64,000 nt of DNA from NCBI GenBank assembly GCA_963699755.1, contig CAVOVB010000002.1, positions 224,001 through 288,000 on the forward strand. Direction: 5' to 3'. Position 1 is the first letter of the stretch. Every line of letters begins with the position of its first letter. The notes beneath the pieces were generated by a model. That model was not told the origin of the DNA. It did not search any database and saw nothing but the letters and a program-made list of their open reading frames with translations. A program made the translations under genes and the position numbers. Of this stretch, positions 51,744 to 60,950 are shown in pieces. The stretch comes from an uncultured delta proteobacterium (GTDB taxonomy: Bacteria; Myxococcota_A; Polyangia; Polyangiales; Houyiibacteriaceae).

Positions 51744-52918
51744 TGGAGCTACAGCTAAACGAACGAGAGAAGGCGTTTCGCAAAGAGGCTCGCACCTGGT
51801 TGCAGGAGCAGCTCACAGGCCCGTTCAAGAGCCTCCAAGGCCGTGGCGCCTCGGGCGACCAGGACACCTACGTTGAAGAGCGAATTGCTTGGGGCAAGGT
51901 CATGGGCGCCGCTGGTTGGAACTGCATTGGCTGGCCCAAGGAGTTCGGTGGGCGCGGCTGCTCGATCAAGGAGGAAGCGGTTTTCAACGAGGAGTACGTC
52001 CGCGCGAACGGTCCCGGCAACATAGGTCACATAGGCGAGACCCTGCTCGGACCGACCTTGATCCACTTCGGCTCGCCGGAACAGCAGAAGCGCTTCTTGC
52101 CACCGATCGTCTCCTGCGACGAGATCTGGTGTCAGGGGTACTCGGAACCCGGCGCGGGGTCGGATCTCGCCAATGTGCAGACGAAAGCAAGCCTGGTCGG
52201 AGACGAGTGGATCATCGAGGGGCAAAAGATCTGGACCTCGGGTGCGCAGTACTCGGACTGGTGCTTCGTGCTCTGCCGGACGGACGCCGAGGCCCCGAAG
52301 CACCGAGGCATCAGCTATATCTTGGTTCCGATGAAACAGGACGGCGTCGAGGTCCGACCAATCAAGCAAATGGGCGGCAGCTCAGAGTTTGCGGAGGTCT
52401 TCTTCGACGGCGCCAAGGCCGAGAAGGACCACGTCGTTGGCGGCGTGAACAACGGATGGAAAGTTGCCATGGGCACGCTCGCCTTCGAGCGTGGTGCGTC
52501 GACGCTCGGGCAGCAGTACCTCTTTCAGAAGGAATTCGAGCAAGTGGTAGCCGTTGCCAAGCGGACAGGCGCCGCGGAAGATCCGATCTTCCGCCAGCGA
52601 ATCGCAGACGCCTGGATTGGGCTCAAGATCATGCGGGTCAACGCACTCCGAATGCTCGAGCACGAAGGCGCCGACCTAAACCGAGAAGCGCTCATCAGCA
52701 AGCTCTACTGGTCGAACTGGCACCGCGACCTCGGCAAGCTCGCCATGGACCTGCTCGGTCCCGAAGCCGAGCTCCTCGATGGCGCACCCTACCAGCTGAC
52801 TGCGATGCAGAAGTGGTATCTCTTTTCGCGAGCGGACACGATCTACGCGGGCTCGAATCAAATTCAACGAAACATCATTGGCGAGCGAGGACTTGGGCTA
52901 CCAAAGGAGCCGCGATGA
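51743..52918 (+). CDS. fadE30: Acyl-CoA dehydrogenase IpdE1/FadE30-like
   Basis: HIGETLLGPTL, WCQGYSEPGAGSDLANV, AMGTLAFERG, YLFSRADTIYAGSNQIQRN. Confidence 0.82.
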   Translation: MELQLNEREKAFRKEARTWLQEQLTGPFKSLQGRGASGDQDTYVEERIAWGKVMGAAGWNCIGWPKEFGGRGCSIKEEAVFNEEYVRANGPGNIGHIGETLLGPTLIHFGSPEQQKRFLPPIVSCDEIWCQGYSEPGAGSDLANVQTKASLVGDEWIIEGQKIWTSGAQYSDWCFVLCRTDAEAPKHRGISYILVPMKQDGVEVRPIKQMGGSSEFAEVFFDGAKAEKDHVVGGVNNGWKVAMGTLAFERGASTLGQQYLFQKEFEQVVAVAKRTGAAEDPIFRQRIADAWIGLKIMRVNALRMLEHEGADLNREALISKLYWSNWHRDLGKLAMDLLGPEAELLDGAPYQLTAMQKWYLFSRADTIYAGSNQIQRNIIGERGLGLPKEPR

Positions 52919-53697
52919 GCAACAAACCCACATACGTCGGCGGGCACGGCCTGCTCGAAGGTAAGACCGTCCTCGTCACAGCGGCCGCGGGCACAGGCAT
53001 CGGATTCGCCACTGCGATTCGCTGCGCGGAAGAGGGGGCTTCGGGTCTGATGATTAGCGACATCCACGAGCGACGACTCGGTGAAGCCGCCGACAAGATC
53101 GAAGCCGAAACCAGCGTCCGCCCGGAGACCGTCATCTGCAACGTCACCAATGAGGACGAAGTCCGGGCGATGTTCGAACTGGCCACTGAAAAGATGGGGC
53201 ACGTCGACGTGTTGATGAACAACGCCGGGCTCGGAGGCTACGCCAAGATCGTCGACATGACCGATGAGCAGTGGCACCTGGTGCTCGACGTCACCCTCAA
53301 TGGCTGCTTCCGTTGCACCCGCGCGGCGCTCAAGCACATGATGCCGCGCGGGAGGGGCGCGATCGTGAACAATGCCTCGGTCCTCGGCTGGCGCGCCCAA
53401 GAAGGGCAGTCACACTACGCGGCCGCGAAGGCGGGCGTCATGGCGCTCACCCGATGCGCGGCCATCGAAGCCGCTGACGCCAACGTGCGCGTCAATTGCG
53501 TCTCGCCATCGCTCGCGATGCACCCGTTCCTCGAGAAGGTCACCCCACCCGGCCTGCTCGAAGAGCTCCAAAAGCGGGAGGCATTCGGCCGCGGTGCCGA
53601 GCCCTGGGAGATTTCGAACGTCATGGTCTTCTTGGCGAGCGACTACAGCTCCTACATGACGGGCGAGGTGGTCTCGGTGTCGAGCCAGCGCGCCTGA
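52915..53697 (+). CDS. ipdF: SDR IpdF (Rv3559c-like)
   Basis: GHGLLEGKTVLVTAAAGTGIG, NNASVLGWRAQ, HYAAAKAG, MTGEVVSVSSQRA. Confidence 0.85.
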   Translation: MSNKPTYVGGHGLLEGKTVLVTAAAGTGIGFATAIRCAEEGASGLMISDIHERRLGEAADKIEAETSVRPETVICNVTNEDEVRAMFELATEKMGHVDVLMNNAGLGGYAKIVDMTDEQWHLVLDVTLNGCFRCTRAALKHMMPRGRGAIVNNASVLGWRAQEGQSHYAAAKAGVMALTRCAAIEAADANVRVNCVSPSLAMHPFLEKVTPPGLLEELQKREAFGRGAEPWEISNVMVFLASDYSSYMTGEVVSVSSQRA

Positions 53698-53699
53698 GA

Positions 53700-54677
53700 C
53701 TAGACGCGGCTCTTCCGGACCTGCCAGGCGTCGGAATACCTCAACATGTACCAGCGGATGAGCGGCGCAAACATCCGCACCAGGGGCCGCGTGAAGCGTG
53801 ATGCTTTCCGCATCTGGCCAATGAACTCCTCGAAGCTGGTTCGCTGGTAGGCCAAGAGCGATTGACTCTCCTTGGTGTCGAGCCAATCGCAGTAGTAGAT
53901 GCCGCTGCCATAGGCTTCGACCGGAAAACGCCCTACGCCCGTCGCGTCGAACATCGCACCATAGAGCTCACGAAACGTCAGTCGGCAGCTCTCGCCGCCG
54001 CCGATCATCAAGGTCTTGCCGACCGCCTCCGGGTTTTCGATGGCGCGCACCTGAGCAAGCGCAACGTCCTCGGGATGCACCCATTCGAGACGCGTCTCCG
54101 GGTTGATGCTGAAGAGCAAGCGAAAGACGTCCGGCGAGAGGTCGCCCGCCGCTGCTTTGACCCCTACCGACACGCCGATTCGAAAGATCACGTACGGCAG
54201 GCCCGATTCCCGAAGGAGCCGCTCGCACTCGGCCTTGTTCGAGGTATAGAAGTCGGTCCCGATCGCGGGGTCCTTGCCGGTCAGCGGTGGTCCGCCCGGC
54301 GCACGGGGCCCGCAGACCGACAGGGACGACGCGAAGACGATGACCGGGGGACGTTCCCTACGTTTCATCGCTTCCAGGAGGTTCTGGGTACCCCCCACGT
54401 TGACCGCGTACGCCAGGTCCGGATGGCTCTCCGAGACCGGCGCCAGCACGCCCGCGTTGTGGATGATCGCATCGGCCTCCAGGACTGCCGGCCCGATGTC
54501 CCCGGCCGATCGGATGTCGCCCCAGACGACTCGAATCCTCTCCGCGAACCGCCTTGCTGCCTTCTCGTTTCGGCGATTCGGCACGTCAAAGGCGGTCACC
54601 GAATATCCCTCTTTCAAGAGACGCTCGATGGCCTCTTGTCCAAGCCGACCAAACGCCCCCGTCACCAGCACGCGCAT
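53700..54677 (-). CDS. NAD-dependent epimerase/dehydratase (extended SDR; 3beta-HSD-like by context)
   Basis: VLVTGAFGRLG, VNVGGTQNL, FASSLSV, YTSNK. Confidence 0.8.
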   Translation of the reverse strand: MRVLVTGAFGRLGQEAIERLLKEGYSVTAFDVPNRRNEKAARRFAERIRVVWGDIRSAGDIGPAVLEADAIIHNAGVLAPVSESHPDLAYAVNVGGTQNLLEAMKRRERPPVIVFASSLSVCGPRAPGGPPLTGKDPAIGTDFYTSNKAECERLLRESGLPYVIFRIGVSVGVKAAAGDLSPDVFRLLFSINPETRLEWVHPEDVALAQVRAIENPEAVGKTLMIGGGESCRLTFRELYGAMFDATGVGRFPVEAYGSGIYYCDWLDTKESQSLLAYQRTSFEEFIGQMRKASRFTRPLVRMFAPLIRWYMLRYSDAWQVRKSRV

Positions 54678-54713
54678 CCGCGCAGGCTGACCTGCAGCCG
54701 TGCGCGCTTCAAA

Positions 54714-54742
54714 TTGAAACACGTTCTTCTTCCTGATAGGGT
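54714..54742 (+). promoter_or_regulatory. Putative promoter of the F420 operon overlapped by KstR-type operator 5
   Basis: TTGAAA (54714-54719)-17-TAGGGT (54737-54742). TGAAACACGTTCTT (54715-54728) matches the KstR box except for the final base. Confidence 0.68.
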
Positions 54743-54781
54743 CGCGCTCCCCGAAAGAGCGCGGTACCAAAGGAATTCTAG

Positions 54782-55825
54782 ATGAGGCTCGGCCTAACAC
54801 TTGGATACGCAGGTCCCCAGTTGAACACGACCGTTCAGGACCTGGTGAACATGGAAAAGATCGGCGAGGTCGAGCGCCTGGGCTACGACTCGATTTGGAC
54901 GGCGGAGTCCTGGGGCAACGACGCGGTCACGCCGCTCGCCTGGGTGGGCCCGCAGACTTCGACCATCAAGTTGGGCACGGCGATCATGCAACTGCCTGGT
55001 CGCTCGCCAGCGAACGCGGCGATGACGGCCATGACCATGGACATGCTTTCGAACGGACGCTTCATCATGGGGCTCGGCACTTCGGGTCCACAGGTCGTCG
55101 AAGGCTGGCACGGCGTCCCCTTCAACAAGTCCCTCACCTGGCTGCGCGAATACGTCACCATCGTGAAGAAGATTTTCGCGCGCGAGGCTCCGCTCGAGTT
55201 CGACGGTGTGCACTATCAAATTCCTTATCGTGGCGAAGGTTCTTCGGGCCAGGGCAAACCGCTCAGGAGCATGATCCGAAGTCGAGCTGATATTCCGGTC
55301 TTCACCGGCTCGATGGCGCCCAAGTCTCAGGCGATGTCTGCCGAGATCGCCGATGGCTGCTTGCTCACTTGCATGCACCCCGAGCGTTCGGAAGTCCTGA
55401 TGAAGAACTTCAACGAGGGCTTCGCGAAGGCTGGCAATGGCAAAGGTGTCCAGAGCTTCGACATCGCTCCAACTGTGGTGGTCATCATCGGCGACACGCA
55501 GGATGCAATGACGCCTTGCAAGATGCAGCTCGCGCTCTACATCGGTGGCATGGGCTCGAAGAAAAAGAACTTCTACAAGGACTATCTGAGCCTGGTCGGA
55601 TTCGAAGAAGCCTGCGAGAAGGTCCAAACGCTCTTCCTCGATGGCAAGCGCAATGAAGCGATTGCTGCCGTGCCCGACGAAATGGTCGATGCCCTCTATC
55701 TAATCGGCTCCAAGGACCGCATTCGCGACCGATTTCAGCGTTGGAAGGAGTCGCCGGTCGGAACGATGATGATCGGCTCGCAGGACATGGACACGCTCCG
55801 CTTCATGGCCGAGCTCAACTCGTGA
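54782..55825 (+). CDS. LLM-class F420-dependent oxidoreductase, Rv3520c-like
   Basis: WTAESWGNDAVTPLAW, LGLGTSGPQVVEGWHG, ALYIGGMG...NF. Confidence 0.85.
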   Translation: MRLGLTLGYAGPQLNTTVQDLVNMEKIGEVERLGYDSIWTAESWGNDAVTPLAWVGPQTSTIKLGTAIMQLPGRSPANAAMTAMTMDMLSNGRFIMGLGTSGPQVVEGWHGVPFNKSLTWLREYVTIVKKIFAREAPLEFDGVHYQIPYRGEGSSGQGKPLRSMIRSRADIPVFTGSMAPKSQAMSAEIADGCLLTCMHPERSEVLMKNFNEGFAKAGNGKGVQSFDIAPTVVVIIGDTQDAMTPCKMQLALYIGGMGSKKKNFYKDYLSLVGFEEACEKVQTLFLDGKRNEAIAAVPDEMVDALYLIGSKDRIRDRFQRWKESPVGTMMIGSQDMDTLRFMAELNS

Positions 55826-55832
55826 GGCAGCG

Positions 55833-56489
55833 ATGAAGATCGGAATCGTAGGGGGCACTGGGCGCGAGGGTCGTGGCTTGGCGGTTCGCTGGGCGAAGGC
55901 TGGGCATGACGTGTTCATTGGTTCTCGCCAGGCCGAGAAGGGAGCGGCAAAGGCGGCCGAGCTCTCGGCGGAGTTTGGCGTCAGCATTGAGGGCGCCGAC
56001 AATATCACGGCGTGTGAGCATGCTGAGCTGATCATCGTGACGGTTCCGTACGGCGCCCACGAGGCTACCTTCGATTCGATCAAGGACTCGGTCGGCGACA
56101 AAGTGATCGTCGACATCACGGTACCCCTTCAGCCGCCCAAGGTTCGCTCCGTGAACCTGCCCAAGGGGCAATCGGCAGCCCTAGAAGCACGCGCGTTGCT
56201 CAACGAGGGTGCGCGCCTGGTGGCTGCGCTCCACCACATCAGCTCGGAGCACCTCAGCGACCCAGCTCACAGCTTCGATTGTGACGTCCTGGTCTGTGGC
56301 GACGACAAGGACGCGCGCGCTGCCGTCATTTCGCTCGTCGCCGATTTAGGCCTTCGCGGCATCGATGCCGGCGTCTTGAAGAATGCGATTGCGCTCGAGT
56401 CGCTCACGCCGGTTCTCTTGTACATCAATCGCCGCTACAGGAGCGTCGGCTCCGGCATTCGCATCACGGGCATTCCGGAGACGGAATGA
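55833..56489 (+). CDS. npdG: NADPH-dependent F420 reductase (F420:NADP oxidoreductase)
   Basis: MKIGIVGGTGREGRGLA, IGSRQ, DVLVCGDD, ESLTPVLLYINRRY...GIRITG. Confidence 0.9.
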   Translation: MKIGIVGGTGREGRGLAVRWAKAGHDVFIGSRQAEKGAAKAAELSAEFGVSIEGADNITACEHAELIIVTVPYGAHEATFDSIKDSVGDKVIVDITVPLQPPKVRSVNLPKGQSAALEARALLNEGARLVAALHHISSEHLSDPAHSFDCDVLVCGDDKDARAAVISLVADLGLRGIDAGVLKNAIALESLTPVLLYINRRYRSVGSGIRITGIPETE

Positions 56490-57301
56490 GCCATGACGGG
56501 CCAACTTCGGACGACCTTCGCGTCGGCTCGGAGCTTCTGGTTCGCTCGATCGCCGGCATCCCGACGGTCGAGGCCGGCGACGACCTCTACGAGCTGATCG
56601 TGTCCTGCCTAGGCCGGGCTCAGCTGGATCTGGTCGACGGAGACGTGCTCGTGGTCGCGAGCAAGATCGTCTCGCGCGCAGAGGGCTGCTTCGTCGATTT
56701 GGGAAGCATCGTCCCGAGCGACACAGCCAATCAGCTCGCGGTAGAGCTCGAGAAGGACGCACGCCTGGTAGAGCTGATTCTGCGCGAGAGCGTGGGGATT
56801 TCACGCAAGACGAGCGGCGCACTGATCGTCCGGCACCGTCTTGGCTTCATTTCCGCCAACGCCGGAATCGACGCGAGCAATGCGGCTCCGTCCAACGTAC
56901 CCCAAGACAGCGGTCCCTGGGTGCTCACTTTGCCTCATGATCCAGATGCAAGCGCAGCCTCGCTTCGCACCAAGCTCTGCGCACGCTACTCGGCGGAGGT
57001 CGCGGTGCTCGTCACCGATTCCTGGGGACGCCCGTTTCGCCGTGGCACCGTAGGCTTTGCCGTTGGTGTCGCCGGTCTGCCGGCGATCTGGGATCGCCGC
57101 GGTGCCATCGATCGGCACGGACGGGTGCTCGAGGCGACCGAGTCTGCAGTTGCCGATTCAGTCGCCGCAGCAGCGGACCTCGTCGCCGGACAAGCCAACG
57201 AGGGCCGACCGGTTACCCTGGTGCGTGGGCTTCGTTTCAAAGCGTCACGCGATTCGGCAGCGGTCTTGCTTCGCGATCCAGAGAACGATCTCTACGCATG
57301 A
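56486..57301 (+). CDS. cofE: Coenzyme F420-0:L-glutamate ligase (single domain)
   Basis: [50 protein letters not shown]. Confidence 0.92.
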   Translation: MSHDGPTSDDLRVGSELLVRSIAGIPTVEAGDDLYELIVSCLGRAQLDLVDGDVLVVASKIVSRAEGCFVDLGSIVPSDTANQLAVELEKDARLVELILRESVGISRKTSGALIVRHRLGFISANAGIDASNAAPSNVPQDSGPWVLTLPHDPDASAASLRTKLCARYSAEVAVLVTDSWGRPFRRGTVGFAVGVAGLPAIWDRRGAIDRHGRVLEATESAVADSVAAAADLVAGQANEGRPVTLVRGLRFKASRDSAAVLLRDPENDLYA

Positions 57302-58233
57302 CTCCGGGGTCAGAGAACGGCTTCTCGGTCGTTGCACTCGCAGGAGGCGTGGGTGGCGCGAGGCTCATCGACGGACTCAGCTCCGTGCTCCCTCGGGGCT
57401 CGCTCACTGCCGTGGTGAATACCGGTGATGACTTCCGGCATTGGGGGCTCCAGATCAGCCCCGACATCGATACGGTGATGTACACCCTCGCGGGCCTGTC
57501 ACCGGAGGACCGCGGCTGGGGCATCGAGGGCGATAGCTTCGAGGTTCTAGAAGAGGCCAAGCGCCGTGGCCTCGACAATTGGTTCCAGCTGGGTGACCGC
57601 GATCTGCTCACCCACCTGACCAGAACCAGTGCGCTGTCCCGCGGCGATTCCCTGACGCAGGCCACCGCCGAGCTCTGCAAGTCGCTTGGCGTCGAGAGGC
57701 CCATCCTGCCGATGAGCGACGATCCCTGTCCAACGAGCATCTTGACCAGAAGCGGCGAAGAGCTCGCATTCCAACAGTGGCTGGTCAAGGCTCGAGCAGC
57801 GCCCGCGGTACGCGAGATTCGGCACGGTGGCAGCGGCCGAGCCACACGGTCGGTCCTCAATGCGCTCAGCGCTGCGGATCTAGTCGTGATTTGTCCATCG
57901 AATCCGTACGTTTCAATCGACCCCATCCTCGGTTTGGCTGGCGTTTTCGAAGTGATTCAGCGCGCGACGACTGTCGCTGTGAGCCCGATTTTGGGGGCCA
58001 AAGCAGTGAAGGGTCCGCTCGCCTCCATGATTTGGGAGATCGACGGACGCGTCGCATCGGCCGAAGCGGTCGCCATCCACTATGAGGGTCTGCTGGATGG
58101 ATATGCACTGCACCACGGGGACGCCTTCAGCGCCAAGTATCCAATCCTCGAAACGAACATCCTGATTCAAATGAAGGAAGATCGGATACGCTTCGCCAGC
58201 GAGCTGCTCGAGTTCGCTCGGAGCCTGCCATGA
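57298..58233 (+). CDS. cofD: 2-phospho-L-lactate/PEP transferase (CofD/FbiA)
   Basis: LAGGVGGA, VNTGDD, ISPDIDTVMYTLAG, WFQLGDRD, PSNPYVSIDPIL, KGP. Confidence 0.93.
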   Translation: MTPGSENGFSVVALAGGVGGARLIDGLSSVLPRGSLTAVVNTGDDFRHWGLQISPDIDTVMYTLAGLSPEDRGWGIEGDSFEVLEEAKRRGLDNWFQLGDRDLLTHLTRTSALSRGDSLTQATAELCKSLGVERPILPMSDDPCPTSILTRSGEELAFQQWLVKARAAPAVREIRHGGSGRATRSVLNALSAADLVVICPSNPYVSIDPILGLAGVFEVIQRATTVAVSPILGAKAVKGPLASMIWEIDGRVASAEAVAIHYEGLLDGYALHHGDAFSAKYPILETNILIQMKEDRIRFASELLEFARSLP

Positions 58234-58826
58234 GCCGCTGGGCGTTGATTCCAATCAAGGGTTTCGATCGCGGGAAGTCGAGGCTCTCCGAAGTTTTGGC
58301 GCCAAGCGAGCGCGCGCAATTGGCGCGCTCGATGTTCGAACACGTCGTCCAGGTGCTTCGTGAGTCGCCGCACATCGACGCGATTGCAGCCGTGAGCGAT
58401 TCGCCCGAGGCCCGTGAGCACGCCGACGAGATGGGCGTGCTGGCACTCGCGGACGCCGATGGCAGCCGAGGCCTCGCCGACGTCGTCGATCGCGCGCTAC
58501 TGGAGCTCGCGCTGCACGGCGCAACTAGCGTGCTGATCTGCATGAGCGACCTGCCAGACTTGACCGTGCAGGACATCGCAAGCGTGGCACGCGAGCTCGA
58601 GGAGAGCGAGGTTGTGCTCGTGCCCGATCTCGCACAGCGGGGCACCAACGTCATCGCGGTGAGGCCAGCGACCGCGCTTCCGAGCTGCCTCGGACATGAT
58701 GACAGCCTCCAACGTCATCACGTTCGCGCCCGCGGTCTCGGCCTCAGCGTAAGCATCCAGCTCAGCAGCGGCATCGGTTTTGACGTCGACCGCCCGGTCG
58801 ACCTCGATCGATTGCTGGAGCGTTAG
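58230..58826 (+). CDS. cofC: Phospho-substrate guanylyltransferase (CofC/FbiD)
   Basis: ALIPIKG...KSRLS, SDLP, GTN, FDVDRPVDL. Confidence 0.9.
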   Translation: MSRWALIPIKGFDRGKSRLSEVLAPSERAQLARSMFEHVVQVLRESPHIDAIAAVSDSPEAREHADEMGVLALADADGSRGLADVVDRALLELALHGATSVLICMSDLPDLTVQDIASVARELEESEVVLVPDLAQRGTNVIAVRPATALPSCLGHDDSLQRHHVRARGLGLSVSIQLSSGIGFDVDRPVDLDRLLER

Positions 58827-59632
58827 TGCCCCGCCGAAAGGCGGTCCATGAGCAGGCCGAGGAAGCGGGTGGCGAGTGGACGCGGCAAAAGCCTAATCGT
58901 GAGAACCATCAGCTTGTTGAGGAGGCCGGGAACGACCGTCACCCGCCCTCCAAGGGCCCGCAAGCTCGTCGAGACCACCGAAGCGGGGCTTGCGAAGATC
59001 AAGCGTGCGAGCGGGCCGAATCTGCGAGGGTCGAGACCCGCAACTCGCTGGAACTCGCTGTTCGTCCCCCCCGGACAGAGCGCCTGCACGTCGACACCGT
59101 GGGGCTTGAGCTCGGCGGCGAGACCCTCCGCGAAGAGAAGATCGTAGGACTTGGTAGCGTTGTAGTTGGCCATCCCGCGTGCTCCGGAGAATCCGTTGAC
59201 CGAAGAGACGAAGATCACTGCACCTTTGCCCCGTTCGCGCATACCTTGCGCGATCTCGTGCGTGAGAAGCATCGGCGCGCGGCAATTCAAGTTGAGCATC
59301 GCCTCTTGAACACTGGGGTCCATGTCGAGGAAGGGTCCGCTCGAGCCGAAGCCCGCGCAGTTGACCAACAAACCGATCTCGATCCCGTCAAGCGCCGGCC
59401 GCAATACCTCGACGATGTCACGCGAGGCGAGGTCCGCAGGAGCTACGCGAGCTTCGACCTGGCACATGTCTTCGATGTTCGACGCGAGCGCTTCGAGACG
59501 GTTGCGACGCCGCGCCACCAGGACGACGTTGACCCCACGCTCGGCAATGCGTCTCGCAAACTCTGCACCAATTCCCGCGGAAGCGCCGGTGATGACCGCC
59601 CAGGGTCCGTAGCGCTCGGTAAACTGGCTCAT
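58823..59632 (-). CDS. SDR family oxidoreductase
   Basis: YGPWAVITGASAGIG, LVARR, YNATK, LCPGGT. Confidence 0.9.
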   Translation of the reverse strand: MSQFTERYGPWAVITGASAGIGAEFARRIAERGVNVVLVARRRNRLEALASNIEDMCQVEARVAPADLASRDIVEVLRPALDGIEIGLLVNCAGFGSSGPFLDMDPSVQEAMLNLNCRAPMLLTHEIAQGMRERGKGAVIFVSSVNGFSGARGMANYNATKSYDLLFAEGLAAELKPHGVDVQALCPGGTNSEFQRVAGLDPRRFGPLARLIFASPASVVSTSLRALGGRVTVVPGLLNKLMVLTIRLLPRPLATRFLGLLMDRLSAGH

Positions 59633-59672
59633 GGCCCATGAGCCTACCACGCGGCTCGCTAGCACACAGCCA

Positions 59673-60950
59673 TCAGCTCACGACGCGCAAGCTGCGAGGC
59701 TCGTAGCGGAACCGCGAGTCTTGGGTCAGCTCTTCATAGGAGCCGAAAACCTCATCGGGATTCTGAATCGCGTCGAGCGGCTCCGTGGGGTCCTGATCGG
59801 ATGTGCCCCCGAACTCGCGAAGCACCCCGTAGCCGGTGTCGCGCTGCACGGGCACCCTCCCCGAATCTCGGATGACCCGGCGCAAGGTCGCGGGCGTCAT
59901 TAGCTGTCCGTGACGAGCACCCGCCGCGGTCGAGATGCTCTCGTTCATGAGCGTCCCACCGAGGTCATTGACGCCGCAGCTGAGCAACAACTGGGAGGTG
60001 CGAAGACCTTCCTTGACCCAAGATGCCTGGAGGTTCGGGATGTCCCAGCCGAGCATGAGGCGGGCCGTCGCGTAAAGGCGGAAGACCTCATCACCGGTCG
60101 GCCCTGGCCGAACGCCCGGTACCTCGCTGGCCGCGAAGAGCGGCGCGTCCTCGTGGACGAAAGACAGTGGGACGAACTCGGTGAACCCACCGGTCTCCCG
60201 TTGGACTCTACGTAGAAGATCCATGTGCCGCATCCGATCCTCGACCGATTCGACGTGCCCAAACATCATGGTGCAAGTCGTTCGAATGCCGAGCCGGTGG
60301 GCGGAGGTGACGACGTCCAGCCATTCCCCGGTCGTGATCCGGGTGGGTGAAATGGTTTTGCGCAGACGGTCGTCGAGAATTTCGGCCGAGGTGCCAGGAA
60401 GCGTGCCGAGACCCGCCTCCTTGAGCTCGGCCAGGTAGTCGCTGTAGGAGACCCGCTTGAGCGAAGCGCCAAACTTCACCTCTTCCGGCGAGAAAGCGTG
60501 GATGTGGATCTCAGGCGCCGCTTCCTTCACGACGCGACACAGCTCGCCATAGCTGTTGCCGGTCAAATTCGGCGAGAGACCAGCTTGTAGGCAGACTTCG
60601 GTGGCACCCATCTCCCAGGCCTGGCGGACTCGCCGCGCGACCTCTTCGTGGGGAAGGAAGTAGCCATGCTCCGAACGCACCGTGCGGGCAAATGCACAGA
60701 ACTTGCAGTTCTTGATGCAGACGTTGGTGAAGTTGATGTTTCGATTGACGACGTAGCTGACCCGCTCACCCACCTGCCGTCGGCGGAGCTCGTCGGCAAC
60801 CATGCACAGGGCCTGGAGGTCGCGCCCTCGCGCCTCGTTCAAGACCATTCCGTCTTCGACGCTGAGCTCATCACCGCCGAGGCTCTGCTCGAGGATCGTG
60901 CGAATAGGGGACGAAACCTCCTGGAGACAGGTTTCGAGAGCGGTCGTCAT
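59673..60950 (-). CDS. cofH: FO synthase subunit CofH (radical SAM)
   Basis: VVNRNINFTNVCIKNCKFC, HIHAFSPEE, LPGTSAEIL, GGFTEFVPL, NDLGGTLMNESI. Confidence 0.92.
   Translation of the reverse strand: MTTALETCLQEVSSPIRTILEQSLGGDELSVEDGMVLNEARGRDLQALCMVADELRRRQVGERVSYVVNRNINFTNVCIKNCKFCAFARTVRSEHGYFLPHEEVARRVRQAWEMGATEVCLQAGLSPNLTGNSYGELCRVVKEAAPEIHIHAFSPEEVKFGASLKRVSYSDYLAELKEAGLGTLPGTSAEILDDRLRKTISPTRITTGEWLDVVTSAHRLGIRTTCTMMFGHVESVEDRMRHMDLLRRVQRETGGFTEFVPLSFVHEDAPLFAASEVPGVRPGPTGDEVFRLYATARLMLGWDIPNLQASWVKEGLRTSQLLLSCGVNDLGGTLMNESISTAAGARHGQLMTPATLRRVIRDSGRVPVQRDTGYGVLREFGGTSDQDPTEPLDAIQNPDEVFGSYEELTQDSRFRYEPRSLRVVS

Noticed and set aside
51889..52914. Apparent 602-aa fusion ORF ending in ipdF; similar long extensions at 249, 14182, 27905 and 49511
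   Set aside because: Arg-rich alternate-frame read-through in GC-rich DNA; true starts are marked by RBS or ATGA overlaps.
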